From the NCBI GenBank assembly GCA_965218435.1, contig CBDCKW010000009.1, positions 3,552,001-3,616,000 of the forward strand: a stretch of DNA of 64,000 nucleotides, given 5' to 3'. Of this stretch, positions 39,281-49,939 are shown piece after piece; within the stretch, counting starts at the first letter, position 1; every line of letters starts with the position of its first letter. The stretch comes from Truepera sp. (GTDB lineage: Bacteria; Deinococcota; Deinococci; Deinococcales; Trueperaceae). A program made the position numbers and the translations under genes. A model generated the notes under the pieces. That model was not told where the DNA came from and did not search any database. It saw only the letters and a program-made list of their open reading frames with translations.

Positions 39281-40358
39281 TCGAGACCTCCGCGTCTGTA
39301 GTATGGGCGGCAGTCACCGTAAAAATGCTGCGCGGGTCGAAAACTTTTTCAATGCGTTCTAAAAATGCGTTGCCGGTCTGCTTACCCAAGTGTGGCTGTG
39401 TCCAACTGCCTGTCAGCGCCAGCCCGGATAAGTTCTGACGTTGAAGAAGGATCTCGAGCCCCGGTTTTTCAGCCTCAGGCCACGCCAGATAACAGACGTT
39501 TCCACCGACCCCGTAGCGGTGCGGCGCGTTAAAAGGGGAGAGTGCGGCCTCTAACGTTGCAACCTGACGCGGGCTGTGAACGACCTTGACGAGTGCGTGA
39601 CCCGCCGGAACCCAGGAGAATGCGTTCGCCTCTCGCCAAAGCTCAACTTCAGCGTCGCCGGTTAAAACCTCGCCTTCTTGCCCTAAAAACGCCTGCACAC
39701 GGTTCAGACGTTTCGGTAACGCTTCGCTGCGTCCACCGAAACGGGCCAGCAACCGGTTTGGGGGGTGAAGCTCGAGCGCCACTGCTTCAAATCCGGACGG
39801 CGCGAGTTGCTGTATCAGTTCATCAGCTTGAGCGAAATCAGTTGCCTCGAGCTGCAAAGTCGCATAACTTTCCGGGTGCGGAAAAACCTTAAAGGTCAGC
39901 TCCACAAGTACCCCAAAACGTCCCAAGCTTCCGACCATCAGTTTGGGAAGATCGAAACCGGCTGCGTTTTTGACGACCTTACCGCCGCCCGAGAGCAGTT
40001 CGCCGGAACCGTCCACGAAAGTTATCCCCAGTAAAAAATCACGGACGCCGCCGTAACGAAAGCGTCCCGGCCCGGATAAGCCAGCGGCGACCGTCCCGCC
40101 TAGCGTCGCCCCGGCGTCGGCAAAAGGCGGGTCGAAAGGGAGGTATTGACCTTCGGCGGCGAGCAGGTCGTTGACCTCTGCGAGCGTTGTCCCGGAAAGC
40201 GCGGTAAAGGTGTATTCGTTCGGGTTGTACTCACTGACGCCGGATAGGTCTGTCAGCGTAAACTCCGCCCCCTGTGACAACGCCGTTTTGCTCCCGCCAC
40301 CCCGCACGCGGAGACGCTTTGCGCTTTTTACGGCTTCTTGAATTTGAGCAGCGTTCAT
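39270..40358 (-). CDS. glcE: Glycolate oxidase FAD-binding subunit
   Basis: [31 protein letters not shown]. Confidence 0.9.
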   Translation of the reverse strand: MNAAQIQEAVKSAKRLRVRGGGSKTALSQGAEFTLTDLSGVSEYNPNEYTFTALSGTTLAEVNDLLAAEGQYLPFDPPFADAGATLGGTVAAGLSGPGRFRYGGVRDFLLGITFVDGSGELLSGGGKVVKNAAGFDLPKLMVGSLGRFGVLVELTFKVFPHPESYATLQLEATDFAQADELIQQLAPSGFEAVALELHPPNRLLARFGGRSEALPKRLNRVQAFLGQEGEVLTGDAEVELWREANAFSWVPAGHALVKVVHSPRQVATLEAALSPFNAPHRYGVGGNVCYLAWPEAEKPGLEILLQRQNLSGLALTGSWTQPHLGKQTGNAFLERIEKVFDPRSIFTVTAAHTTDAEVSSAA

Positions 40359-41842
40359 ACGCGGCTGATGACGCCCTGCTGCTCAAGCGGGTGCGGTTTC
40401 GCACTGATCAGCGCGGGCGCTTCGCCGACCCTTTGGTCTACTGCGAGCATTTTGCCGCTGTTGGCGAGTTCTTTGGGGTCTACCGCCTCACGCAGCCGCA
40501 CCATCACCGCCATGTCTTGCTCACCGTACTGCTCAGATAAATAGGCTTTTTTCTCAACCCCGACGCCGTGTTCGCCGGTAATCGAACCGCCCATGCGGAT
40601 GCAGAGACGTAAGATTTCTCCGGCCAATTCTTCAGCGCGTTCCATCTCACCTTGGGTGGAATCGAACAAAATCAGCGGGTGCAGGTTGCCGTCTCCGGCG
40701 TGAAAGACGTTGGCGACTCGGAGCCCGTAGCGTTCGCTTAAAACTTTAATCGCGGCGAGCGCCTCCCCGAGGCGGCTGCGCGGCACCACACCGTCTTGAA
40801 CAAGGTATTCGGGGCTGAGCCGTCCGACGGCGGAGAACGCGCCTTTACGACCCTTCCAAATCTTTTGCCGTTCGGCTTCGCTTTGCGCAATTTGTACCTT
40901 ATATGCCCCCGACGCTTCAATAAGCTCCAACAAAAGTGGGGTTTCGGCGGCAACTTCCTCGAGCGGCCCCTCGAGCTCCACAATCAGCAGCCCCTGTGCG
41001 TCGGTTGGGTAGCCCGCGTGAACGGCAGCTTCAGCGGCGTCCATCGCCAGACGGTCCATAATCTCCATCGCTCCCGGTAAAAGGCCCGACGCGACGATTC
41101 TGGTGACGGCGTTGCCGGCGTCCTCGAGGCTCCGGTAGGCCGCCATCACCGTCTTGTACTGCTCGACTTTCGGCAACAGCCGCAAGGTAATCTCTAACGC
41201 AATTCCGAACAGACCTTCCGAGCCGACGAACAACCCGACCAGATCGGGGCCGAGGGGCTCGAGGCTCTCTCCACCTAACTCGACCACTTCGCCGTCAGGC
41301 AAAGCGACCTTGAGCCCCAACACATGGTTCGCCGTCATCCCGTATTTGAGGCAGTGTGCGCCGCCTGAATTAAACGCGACGTTGCCGCCAAGCGTGCAGA
41401 CCGGCCCCGAAGACGGGTCGGGCGCATACAAAAGGCCGTAAGGTGCGGCGACCCGGCTCACCTGGGCGTTTAGCACCCCCGGTTCGACGACGCAGGTGCG
41501 AGACTCGGGCTCGAGCTTTAGCACACGGTTGAGTTTATTGAGCGCAATGACGATACCGCCTTCGATAGGGAGTGACCCCCCCGACAAACTCGTCCCGCTG
41601 CCGCGTGCCACGAACGGAACGCCGTATTCATAGCAGAGTTTTAACGTGTCCGTCACATCCCGCTGCGTCTGGGCAATGACGACGCCCAAAGGCTGCGCCT
41701 TAAACGCAACCAACCCGTCGGATTCAAAGGTTTTAAGCGCCGCTTTATCCGTGTGTAAGCGACCGGGCGGGAGTGCTTGAGCGAGCTTGTAAAGAAAGTC
41801 AGGCGGCATAACCACCTCCCTATTTGGAACAGTTAGGGTCAT
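40355..41842 (-). CDS. glcD: Glycolate oxidase subunit
   Basis: [34 protein letters not shown]. Confidence 0.93.
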   Translation of the reverse strand: MTLTVPNREVVMPPDFLYKLAQALPPGRLHTDKAALKTFESDGLVAFKAQPLGVVIAQTQRDVTDTLKLCYEYGVPFVARGSGTSLSGGSLPIEGGIVIALNKLNRVLKLEPESRTCVVEPGVLNAQVSRVAAPYGLLYAPDPSSGPVCTLGGNVAFNSGGAHCLKYGMTANHVLGLKVALPDGEVVELGGESLEPLGPDLVGLFVGSEGLFGIALEITLRLLPKVEQYKTVMAAYRSLEDAGNAVTRIVASGLLPGAMEIMDRLAMDAAEAAVHAGYPTDAQGLLIVELEGPLEEVAAETPLLLELIEASGAYKVQIAQSEAERQKIWKGRKGAFSAVGRLSPEYLVQDGVVPRSRLGEALAAIKVLSERYGLRVANVFHAGDGNLHPLILFDSTQGEMERAEELAGEILRLCIRMGGSITGEHGVGVEKKAYLSEQYGEQDMAVMVRLREAVDPKELANSGKMLAVDQRVGEAPALISAKPHPLEQQGVISRV

Positions 41843-42099
41843 TATAAAGCTTTAGAGAGCTGTTTATTCAGGCTATTAGCCTCGACCTTGTGACGTGATA
41901 AGAACTGAGCAGGCAGAATGCTAACTGGGGGATGCTCGAGGTCACAAAAAGGGAGCTTAACACGCTTGAAACTCCAAAACCGGATATCAACTCGGTACAA
42001 GCTGGTCAGCTTGTCTTTCTCATTACAGGTATCAGGCTATACTGACGGCGTTGACGCGCATAAGCTTTTGACGCTTACATACCCGTTACGGAGCCTCTT

Positions 42100-44094
42100 T
42101 TGACGACCCTACCCGAACCCTACAGCGCCCAAGAACTCCGGCTCTTACGGCTCCTAAGCGACCGTTTTCCGACGATTACCGCCGCGCACATCGAGATGAT
42201 GAACTTGAGCGCGATTTTGGCGCTCCCCAAAGGTACCGAGCATTACCTGTCGGATATTCACGGGGCTTACGAACAGTTCGAGCACATCTTGCGGCACGCG
42301 TCGGGGGCGATTCGCCGTAAAATCCGGCAGACTTTTGGCGACGCACTCTCGGCCGAGCAGCAAACCGACCTGGCGCTCCTGATCTATTATCCTGAGACAA
42401 AACTGCGTCAGGTTGCGGCGGCTAATCCCGAAGGTACTCCCGAAGCGTGGTTCGCCGAGACGATTCTGAAGCTCGTTCAGGTCGCGCGTAAATGCGCGGC
42501 GCAGTATACCCGGAGCAAGGTGCGTAAACGTTTAGAGCCGCAATTTGCGTATCTGCTCGAGGAGCTCTTGAGCGAACAAGGTGGCGGCGTCGCGCAAAAA
42601 GAACATTACTACGCCGACATCATCCGCTCGATCACCTTGCTCGGCGAAGGGGAGCGGGTCGTCATCACGCTCTCGTATTTGATTCAAAGTTTGGTGGTAG
42701 ACCGCCTGAATGTCATCGGCGACCTCTACGACCGCGGGGACGCGGCTGAAAAGGTGCTCGACCGGCTGATTCGTTATCATGACGTGTCTATCCAGTGGGG
42801 CAACCACGATGTAACCTGGATGGGCGCGGCAGCGGGGTCTCCGGTTCTAGTTGCCAATGTGGTACGTCTGGCGCTCCGTTACGCCACGCTGTCAACGTTT
42901 ACCAGTGGTTACGGCGTCAGTTTGCACGCGCTTGCCGGGCTCGCTGAAAGCGTTTACGGCGACGACCCTTGTGAAACGTTTTTCCCTAAAGTTGACGCGA
43001 GTTTGGGTGAGTACACACCGGAACTCCTCGCTAAAATGCACAAAGCGGTCACGGTTATTCAGCTGAAGCTCGAGGCCCAAACTATCCACCGCCACCCCGA
43101 ATACGAAATGGACGACCGCCTCGTCTTAGATCACCTCGATTTAGACGCCGGAACGCTCTCGGTAGACGGCACGACTCACCCCCTGCTCGATACAAATTGG
43201 CCGACACTCCCAGACAATGGCGACCGCGCCGCACTGACCCCGGAAGAAGCGGAGGCTATCGGCGACCTGGTGGCGCAGTTTACGCAGAGCAGCCGCCTCA
43301 CGGCGCACATCCGCTTCCTCTACTCGTACGGCAACATGTTTGAAGTCCGTGACGGCAACCTCAAGTTTCACGGCTGTTTACCGGTTGATAAACGCGGTGA
43401 GTTTATCTCGTTTGACTTAGCCGGTGAGACGTGCTCCGGTCCGGCCCTTTTAGCCCGCTTCGAGACGCTCTCCCGCGACGCTTACTTTAGCCGCGACCCG
43501 GCCCGCCGCGCCGCCGGTCAAGACGCTATATGGTACCTCTGGTGCGGTAAAAATTCGCCGCTTTTTGGCCGCTCGAAGATGACGACCTTTGAACGTTACG
43601 TGGTGGCCGACCCGGAAACGCACGACGAGCCCAAAGGCCCCTACTACGACCTTCGCGCGGACGAAGGCTTTTGTAAAAAGGTGCTGCGTGCGTTCGGCGC
43701 AGACCCCGAGCACGGGCACATCATCAACGGCCACACGCCCGTTAAGGTCAGAAAAGGCGCACGCCCAATTTTGGCCGGGGGCAAGCTCATCATTATTGAC
43801 GGCGGCATGAGCGAAGCGTATAGAAGTGTCACCGGCATTGCCGGGTACACGCTCGTCGGCACCTCACACGAACTCGTGTTGGCGGCGCACGAACCGTTTT
43901 CTACCGCGAGTGAGATGATCCGGGAGCACCGCGATCCCGCGCCGCGTATTGAGCAAGTCGAGGTGTTTCCGAAGCAGATTTTAATCGCTGAAACCGATGT
44001 TGGGCAGGCGCTTTATGCGCAGTTAGGCGACCTCGAGAAACTCGTTCAGGCATACCGTCAGGGTGTTCTTGCTGAACGGCTTATAGTTCGGTAA
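42100..44094 (+). CDS. fbp: Fructose-1,6-bisphosphatase class III
   Basis: LPKGTEHYLSDIHG, GDLYDRG, QWGNHD, WYLWCG..SPLFG, INGHTPV, IIIDGG. Confidence 0.92.
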   Translation: MTTLPEPYSAQELRLLRLLSDRFPTITAAHIEMMNLSAILALPKGTEHYLSDIHGAYEQFEHILRHASGAIRRKIRQTFGDALSAEQQTDLALLIYYPETKLRQVAAANPEGTPEAWFAETILKLVQVARKCAAQYTRSKVRKRLEPQFAYLLEELLSEQGGGVAQKEHYYADIIRSITLLGEGERVVITLSYLIQSLVVDRLNVIGDLYDRGDAAEKVLDRLIRYHDVSIQWGNHDVTWMGAAAGSPVLVANVVRLALRYATLSTFTSGYGVSLHALAGLAESVYGDDPCETFFPKVDASLGEYTPELLAKMHKAVTVIQLKLEAQTIHRHPEYEMDDRLVLDHLDLDAGTLSVDGTTHPLLDTNWPTLPDNGDRAALTPEEAEAIGDLVAQFTQSSRLTAHIRFLYSYGNMFEVRDGNLKFHGCLPVDKRGEFISFDLAGETCSGPALLARFETLSRDAYFSRDPARRAAGQDAIWYLWCGKNSPLFGRSKMTTFERYVVADPETHDEPKGPYYDLRADEGFCKKVLRAFGADPEHGHIINGHTPVKVRKGARPILAGGKLIIIDGGMSEAYRSVTGIAGYTLVGTSHELVLAAHEPFSTASEMIREHRDPAPRIEQVEVFPKQILIAETDVGQALYAQLGDLEKLVQAYRQGVLAERLIVR

Positions 44095-44167
44095 ATCTGC
44101 TTGCGCTCCCATTCTCGCCCAGCCATGCCGGGTATGCTTGACGCCGTAAAAACCTGGGGAGGACAAG

Positions 44168-44497
44168 ATGGACGACGACCAAAAAGCCACGCTGGATGAG
44201 TTTAACGAAGCGGTCAACATGACGTCAAAGGAACTCGAGGACTGGCTCGAGACCGACAACTCGAAAAAAGTTGGGCAAAAAGACGGCGGCGGCGAATCCA
44301 CCGGTCACGAGATGGGCCGTGAAATTGTCAAATTACTCGGTAAAAAGCAGGCGGACTATACGGATGATGACGTGAAGCACATGCAAAAAGTAGTTTCTTA
44401 CGTTCACCGGCACAGCGCCCAAAAACCTAAAGGGGACGTAGAAGATACCCGCTGGCGTTACTCGCTGATGAACTGGGGCCATGACCCGCTCAAGTAA
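44168..44497 (+). CDS. DUF3140-like protein
   Basis: VNMTSKELEDWL, ESTGHEMG, WRYSLMNWGHDP. Confidence 0.85.
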   Translation: MDDDQKATLDEFNEAVNMTSKELEDWLETDNSKKVGQKDGGGESTGHEMGREIVKLLGKKQADYTDDDVKHMQKVVSYVHRHSAQKPKGDVEDTRWRYSLMNWGHDPLK

Positions 44498-44541
44498 GCA
44501 GTTTTCACAAAAAACGCGCTGAGATTTGGGCCTCGGTGCTT

Positions 44542-45520
44542 TTAGTTGTGCTTCGATTCCTGAGTGAAATATGCGGTCATTTTCGGGATACGGACGTAGT
44601 TCACCAAAACGCCTATGAGTAAACAGCCTACAGCGAAAGCTTCTAGCAGACTGAACCCTTCATGGTAAATCAGTGTGCCGAGTACTAGTGCTATGACCGG
44701 GCTGACAAAGCTATATAACGCGATCCTTGACACCTCCCAGATAGACAAAAGATGGTTGTACAGCCAGAATCCCAAGAGTGACCCGACAACGACAAGATAC
44801 ATGAGGCTTAATAAGTACTCGAGGTTCCTGTACAGCCAAGAGTTCAACTGGGGACGCCCCTGCCACGCCACTAACGAGCAGTAAGATTAAGCCACCAGAA
44901 AGCATTTGCAGGCTGGTAATAGTCAGTGCGCCGTAGCACTTGATTAGCGGCCGGATAAGCAAACTGCTGACGCCATAACATATTCCGCCTAAAGCAATTG
45001 CGCTGATGCCAAGAAGTTGTTCCGTGTCTGCGCCGAGCTTTGGCAAGACCAGCATTAGCAAACCCGACAAACTGAGGCCGAGACCCGCGAGTTTGTTCCA
45101 ATTTGTCTTTTCTAGCCTGAGCAACAGACTTAAACCTGTGAGCGACACCGCCACTGTTCTAAAGTTCACGAGACCGCTGATGCCAGAAGGTAAAAACTGC
45201 GCTCCCCAAAACAGTAGCCCGTAGTTCAGCGTGATGGTCAGTAAGGCAGCACCTAGCAGGCAGAATAGCTGTCTGCCTTCCGGTATAGTACGTCCGGAAT
45301 GTTTGGCGAACAAAACTAGACCGAAGATACTGCCAGCTAGAACAAAGCGCAGACCCGCAAAGAGGAGCGGTGACAGGCTACCTAAACCCTCTTTCAAAGG
45401 GATAAACGTAGACCCCCAGCAAAAACACAGCAGGAAGAAAATCAGAAGTGGCGTGAGGTTTGTCGCTTTACGTCCCAGACAAGAACTTTTGCATGAAAAC
45501 CAGGTCGAGCCAGCGGTCAA
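44542..45520 (-). pseudogene. EamA/DMT transporter split by a frameshift near 44871
   Basis: First EamA repeat (CWGSTF, AGLRF) in ORF 44711-45520; second (YLVVVGS..FWLY, YSFVSPVIA) continues in ORF 44542-44871. Confidence 0.75.
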
Positions 45521-45995
45521 ACTTAAACCCGACTTCCTTGAAATGAGCTACTTGCTCAAATTCCAAGCTTACATGAAGCCGGAGGCTCGCTTGGTTTTCC
45601 GCGTCTATACCTGCGGTAAGTACATGATAGTTTCTCGAGGTTGCATCTTCCACAAGTTTTTTTAGTAAAGCTCTGCCGACGCCTTTGCCACGTTGCTCAG
45701 CGTCAACATAAACCGAATGTTCGACTGTATGAAGATAAGCAGGCCAAGCGCGAAACGGCCCATAGGTTGCAAACCCTGTAACCTGCAAACCGGATGTAGC
45801 TACAAAAACGGGGTAGCCGTCACTGACTTTGCTACTGAACCACTCTAAGCGGTCTGCGGAGGTAATGGGTTCGTAGCTATATACGGCTGTCGTGTTGAGG
45901 ATAGCGTCGTTATAAATATCAGTGATCGCAGCTATGTCTTGATATTGGGCGTTTCTGATAGCTACTTTACTGCTCACGCCGTATTGTAGCAGCAA
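45468..45995 (-). CDS. GNAT, phosphinothricin/methionine sulfoximine acetyltransferase-like
   Basis: IYNDAI, FRAWPAY.HTVEHSVYV, EVGFKFDRWLD. Confidence 0.9.
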   Translation of the reverse strand: MLLQYGVSSKVAIRNAQYQDIAAITDIYNDAILNTTAVYSYEPITSADRLEWFSSKVSDGYPVFVATSGLQVTGFATYGPFRAWPAYLHTVEHSVYVDAEQRGKGVGRALLKKLVEDATSRNYHVLTAGIDAENQASLRLHVSLEFEQVAHFKEVGFKFDRWLDLVFMQKFLSGT

Positions 45996-46031
45996 TAGGA
46001 GACGTAACTACTGCTCAGAAAGAACTTGAGC

Positions 46032-46484
46032 TTAGACGATTTCAACTAGTTCGATTTCAAAAGTCAAGGCTTCGCCCGCTAACGGATGGTTCGCGTCCAA
46101 CGTTACCGTGTCACCTTCGGCGCTCGTAATGGTCACGGGAATCCGCTGACCGTCTTCTTGTTGAAGCTCGAGCTGCTGCCCCACTTCGGGCATGATTCCT
46201 TCGGGAAACTGCTCTTTGGGCAGCTCCAAGACTAAATCCGGGCGGTGCGTGCCGTAAGCGTCGCTTGGGTTAAGGCGGGCCGTGCGGGTTTCACCGAGCT
46301 GCATGCCGTCTACCGTGCGTTCAAACCCGGCGATGACTTGTCCGGTGCCGAGCCGAAACTCTAACGGTTCGCGGCCTGCGGAGCTGTCAAATTCGTTGCC
46401 GTCGTCAAGTGTGCCTTTGTAGTGGACGCGGACGGTATCACCTTGTTTGGCCGTGCGGGTTGAGGTATCTGTATTCTGTGACAT
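46032..46484 (-). CDS. FKBP-type peptidyl-prolyl isomerase (SlyD-like)
   Basis: VHYKGTL, FDSS, DANHPLAG.LTF. Confidence 0.93.
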   Translation of the reverse strand: MSQNTDTSTRTAKQGDTVRVHYKGTLDDGNEFDSSAGREPLEFRLGTGQVIAGFERTVDGMQLGETRTARLNPSDAYGTHRPDLVLELPKEQFPEGIMPEVGQQLELQQEDGQRIPVTITSAEGDTVTLDANHPLAGEALTFEIELVEIV

Positions 46485-46678
46485 GCGCTAGGGTAACGCA
46501 GACCCGCTTTGGAGACTGTTACCCTCTTAATGCCCAAGTTTAGGTGCGTAGGTGGAGTTTGGGTTTAGGATTTAAGACACTTCGGGTTCTTTCCAAAAAT
46601 TTGAACAGGATTGAGTCTGTGTCCTTTCCAATGACCAGTTAGGTCTTTTCATATGTACGGGTAACTCTTTGGTAATTA

Positions 46679-47041
46679 CTACTTGTTTAACTCTATTTTT
46701 ACTAGCGCCTCCGCTATGTGCAACGCCTCGCGCCTATTTCGCAGCAGCGTATGTTGGGAAGTTCCTAACGAGAATCTTGCCTGAGCTTTCTCTGTCTTGC
46801 TTATCATCGAAGCAAACGCACGAAGGGCTTTTTGCATATCGTCCTGCGTAAAATTATCCTTGTTTTCAGTATTCTCACTCATTAGTACAGACGCATGGTG
46901 TAACGCCTTGAGGTTGTCTCGCAGCATCTTGTGTTGCCATGTTCCTGGCATCAGTTTCTGCTGTGCTTTTTCGGACTTGCTGATGAGCGAAGCTATCGGC
47001 CTAAGTGCTTCTTGCAATTCATGTGCTGTGTAGTTGCCCAC
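46679..47041 (-). CDS. Hypothetical protein with two internal repeats
   Basis: ALR..AS.ISK.EKAQ....GT.QH..LR occurs twice; low GC. Confidence 0.7.
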   Translation of the reverse strand: MGNYTAHELQEALRPIASLISKSEKAQQKLMPGTWQHKMLRDNLKALHHASVLMSENTENKDNFTQDDMQKALRAFASMISKTEKAQARFSLGTSQHTLLRNRREALHIAEALVKIELNK

Positions 47042-47109
47042 AATATACCTTACTGTTCTTCACGCTATCATCGCTATGCCCTGTACCCTTTGGTATGCCT
47101 GACTAGCCT

Positions 47110-47319
47110 TTAATGCCGTTTTCGCGCCTTCCAAGTCCCGCCGTAACGGTACGTTTCAGGGTGCGCGGCTCTCAGTTCTTCAGTACAACTCGGACAGACG
47201 AGCCGCCACGCCGACCCGTCTACCTGCACGCGGTAACGCACCGCCGTCTCTTTGCCGCAGCGTTCACAAAACCCCTCGCGGACGCGCTTGGGTTTCAAAA
47301 TCTGACCTTCAAAACACAA
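47110..47319 (-). CDS. Small CxxC...CxxC protein
   Basis: CERC, CPSC, basic C-term YRYGGTWKARKRH. Confidence 0.65.
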   Translation of the reverse strand: MCFEGQILKPKRVREGFCERCGKETAVRYRVQVDGSAWRLVCPSCTEELRAAHPETYRYGGTWKARKRH

Positions 47320-47322
47320 TCC

Positions 47323-48909
47323 TTAAAAACCGACGGCTTGCCCATCTTTACGGTGGTCGGACGCGGCTAAGTAGCCGTCCCCCAATCTATAAATCAGCTG
47401 CGCCCCACCGAATGAAAAGCTCGCTTCGGGCGCGGTTTCGGTGAGTTGGTGCCCCCTAGAGGTTAGCTCATCCAACACTTCAGGCTTGAAACCCTGTTCG
47501 ACGGCGACTTCTAAGCCCTCGACCACCCGCCAGCGCGGAGCGTCCGACGCGGTTTGTGGATTTTGCCCGTAATCGCAAATCCGCACGACCATCTGCGCGT
47601 GACCTTGGGGTTGCATCGGTCCGCCCATGACGCCGAAACTCATCAGCGGTGCGTTATCCTGCATCAAAAAACCTGGAATGATGGTGTGAAAGGGGCGTTT
47701 TCCGCCTGCGACTTCGTTCGGATGGCCCTTCTCGAGCGTAAACCCCGCACCTCGGTTTTGCAGGCTGATGCCGGTACCCGGAACCACGACGCCTGAGCCG
47801 AAGCCGTAGTAGTTCGACTGAATCAGTGAGACCATCATGCCGTTTTCGTCCGCCGTCGTCAGGTAGACCGTCCCGCCACGCTGCGGGACGCCGTAACCAG
47901 GGTTTTGAGCCTGGGTCATGTCAATAAGTTTGGCGCGTTCGGCTAAGTAAGCGGGGTCTAAGAGCGCCTTGGGCGACACATCGGCAAAGTCCGAGTCGCT
48001 GATATAGCGGTTTGCGTCGGCAAACGCGAGTTTCATCGCTTCGATCTGAACGTGCAGGCTGTCTGCCGAATCCACCCCGTACTCAGCCACCGGGTAATGC
48101 TCGAGTATTCCCACCATGAGGAGCGCCGCGAGCCCCTGACCATTTGGCGGGATTTCGTGCAGCGTCACGCCCCGGTAGTGTTGCGACAGGGTACCAACCC
48201 AATCGGCTTGATGGTTGGCCAAATCCTCTTCGGTGAGGAGGCCACCGTTGGTGCTCGAGTCCGCCACCATCTTCTGGGCCAACTCACCTCGGTAAAACGC
48301 TTCACCTTTGGTTTCGGCAATGCGCTTGAAGGTTTTGGCTTGGTCTTCAAACCGAAACAGCTCCCCCGCTTTAGGGGCGCGGCCCTCCGGCAAAAAGGCT
48401 GAGCCGAAATTCGGCATATCGGCAAAAGCTCTTTCAGCGGACGTCCACGCTTTGGCGGTAATCGGTGAAACTAAAAAGCCGTCACGGGCGTAACGAATTG
48501 CAGGTTCAAAAAGCGCCTCAAACGGCAACTTGCCGAAGCGTTCCGAAAGCGTGACCCAACCTGAGACCGCGCCCGGCACCGTTACGGCGTCCCAGCCGCG
48601 CAGCGGCATCGTGTCTCGTCCTGCAAACCGCTCGGGCGTCAGCGCCGCTGGGGAGCGCCCCGACGCGTTGAGGCCGTGCAGTTCATGGCCGTCCCAAAGA
48701 ATGGCAAAAAGGTCTGAACCGATCCCGTTTGACGTGGGTTCAACGACGGTGAGGGTAATCGCCGTGGCAATCGCAGCGTCTACGGCGTTGCCGCCCCGGT
48801 AGAGCATCTCCAACCCGGCTTGTGCGGCTAGAGGTTGCGAGGTCGCCACGGTATTTTTGGCGAGGACTGGCATCCGCTGTGAGGAGTAGGGGAAATTGTA
48901 AGTAAACAT
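47323..48909 (-). CDS. ggt: Gamma-glutamyltransferase
   Basis: GGNAVDAA, PPNGQG, GTVYL (nucleophile Thr), KRPFHTIIP, GVMGG.MQPQG. Confidence 0.95.
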   Translation of the reverse strand: MFTYNFPYSSQRMPVLAKNTVATSQPLAAQAGLEMLYRGGNAVDAAIATAITLTVVEPTSNGIGSDLFAILWDGHELHGLNASGRSPAALTPERFAGRDTMPLRGWDAVTVPGAVSGWVTLSERFGKLPFEALFEPAIRYARDGFLVSPITAKAWTSAERAFADMPNFGSAFLPEGRAPKAGELFRFEDQAKTFKRIAETKGEAFYRGELAQKMVADSSTNGGLLTEEDLANHQADWVGTLSQHYRGVTLHEIPPNGQGLAALLMVGILEHYPVAEYGVDSADSLHVQIEAMKLAFADANRYISDSDFADVSPKALLDPAYLAERAKLIDMTQAQNPGYGVPQRGGTVYLTTADENGMMVSLIQSNYYGFGSGVVVPGTGISLQNRGAGFTLEKGHPNEVAGGKRPFHTIIPGFLMQDNAPLMSFGVMGGPMQPQGHAQMVVRICDYGQNPQTASDAPRWRVVEGLEVAVEQGFKPEVLDELTSRGHQLTETAPEASFSFGGAQLIYRLGDGYLAASDHRKDGQAVGF

Positions 48910-48917
48910 AAAGCTCC

Positions 48918-49364
48918 TTAGGAGAGTTCTTGGTTCTCGAGGTAAACCGTTTCGCCGGTCTTCTGGGCGGTGAAGGCTTGCTGGGTGCGGCGGCTCGAGA
49001 ACGCATTCAGCTTGTTTAGGGCTTCAGCAAGAGGTACAAACATGTAGGCACTCAGCTCGTCTTCTTGAAGAACAATTGCAGCTATTTGTGCCTGCGTGAT
49101 AGCGCCGCCGTCAAAAATGAACTTTAGGCTCTCGGTACCGCGCTGGTCGCTAGTTTCGTAATCTACACACAGCAAACGGCCTACAGGGAGCTCGAGGCCC
49201 ACTTCCTCGCTAATTTCACGCCGACATGCTCGTTTCGGCGATTCGTCTAGTTCGACCATGCCACCCGGTAACAACCAGCCGTCACGGTAAATCGGTTTGA
49301 CGATGAGCAGGTCGCCTACCTCATTTTGAACAAGGGCTGCTGCTGCCATCTTGTGACCTGCCAT
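48918..49364 (-). CDS. NUDIX hydrolase
   Basis: LPGGMVELDESPKRACRREISEEVG Nudix box. Confidence 0.92.
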   Translation of the reverse strand: MAGHKMAAAALVQNEVGDLLIVKPIYRDGWLLPGGMVELDESPKRACRREISEEVGLELPVGRLLCVDYETSDQRGTESLKFIFDGGAITQAQIAAIVLQEDELSAYMFVPLAEALNKLNAFSSRRTQQAFTAQKTGETVYLENQELS

Positions 49365-49906
49365 CAGCGAAAAAAAGCAACGCCGAGGGCACCCCCGACC
49401 ACGATCAACAGCGCGGGGTGAACGTTAAACCGAACCGATAGGGCAAACGCGGCAACCGCCAAAAGCCAGAGCGCCCAGTTACCGAGCCATGCACTCGGCG
49501 CACCAAAGGCGCTGGGGATAAAGTCGTAGACGACCAAAGCCAAAAGTGCGATGACGATGGGCCGCACACCCCGTAAAAAGCCGTTGATGGCCGGGGCGTT
49601 ACGAAAGCGGACAAAAAGTGAGGCGAGCAGAACCATAGCCACAATCGTCGGCACCGCGATTCCGGCGAGCCCCATCAGCGCGCCGCCCCACCCGCCGACC
49701 TTGTAGCCGACATAACCCGCGAGTTTGGTGGCAATCGGGCCGGGAAGCGTGTTGCCAAAGGCGAACGCGTCTAAAAACTCTTCGCGGGAGAGCCAGCCCT
49801 TCACATCTACGACTTCGTTTTGAATCAAAGGAATCATCGAGGGGCCGCCGCCAAAACCGAACACGCCGACTTTGCCGAACGACCAGAACAGGTCAAAGAG
49901 GAGCAT
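49364..49906 (-). CDS. Short-chain chromate transporter (CHR family)
   Basis: FGFGGG, LPGPIATKLAGYVG. Confidence 0.88.
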   Translation of the reverse strand: MLLFDLFWSFGKVGVFGFGGGPSMIPLIQNEVVDVKGWLSREEFLDAFAFGNTLPGPIATKLAGYVGYKVGGWGGALMGLAGIAVPTIVAMVLLASLFVRFRNAPAINGFLRGVRPIVIALLALVVYDFIPSAFGAPSAWLGNWALWLLAVAAFALSVRFNVHPALLIVVGGALGVAFFR

Positions 49907-49939
49907 AGGGGTTTATTCTTACACGTTTCGTGCTCACGT

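Noticed and set aside
41918..42103. 61-aa ORF overlapping fbp start
   Set aside because: Runs through the divergent promoter region; fbp has its own GGAG RBS
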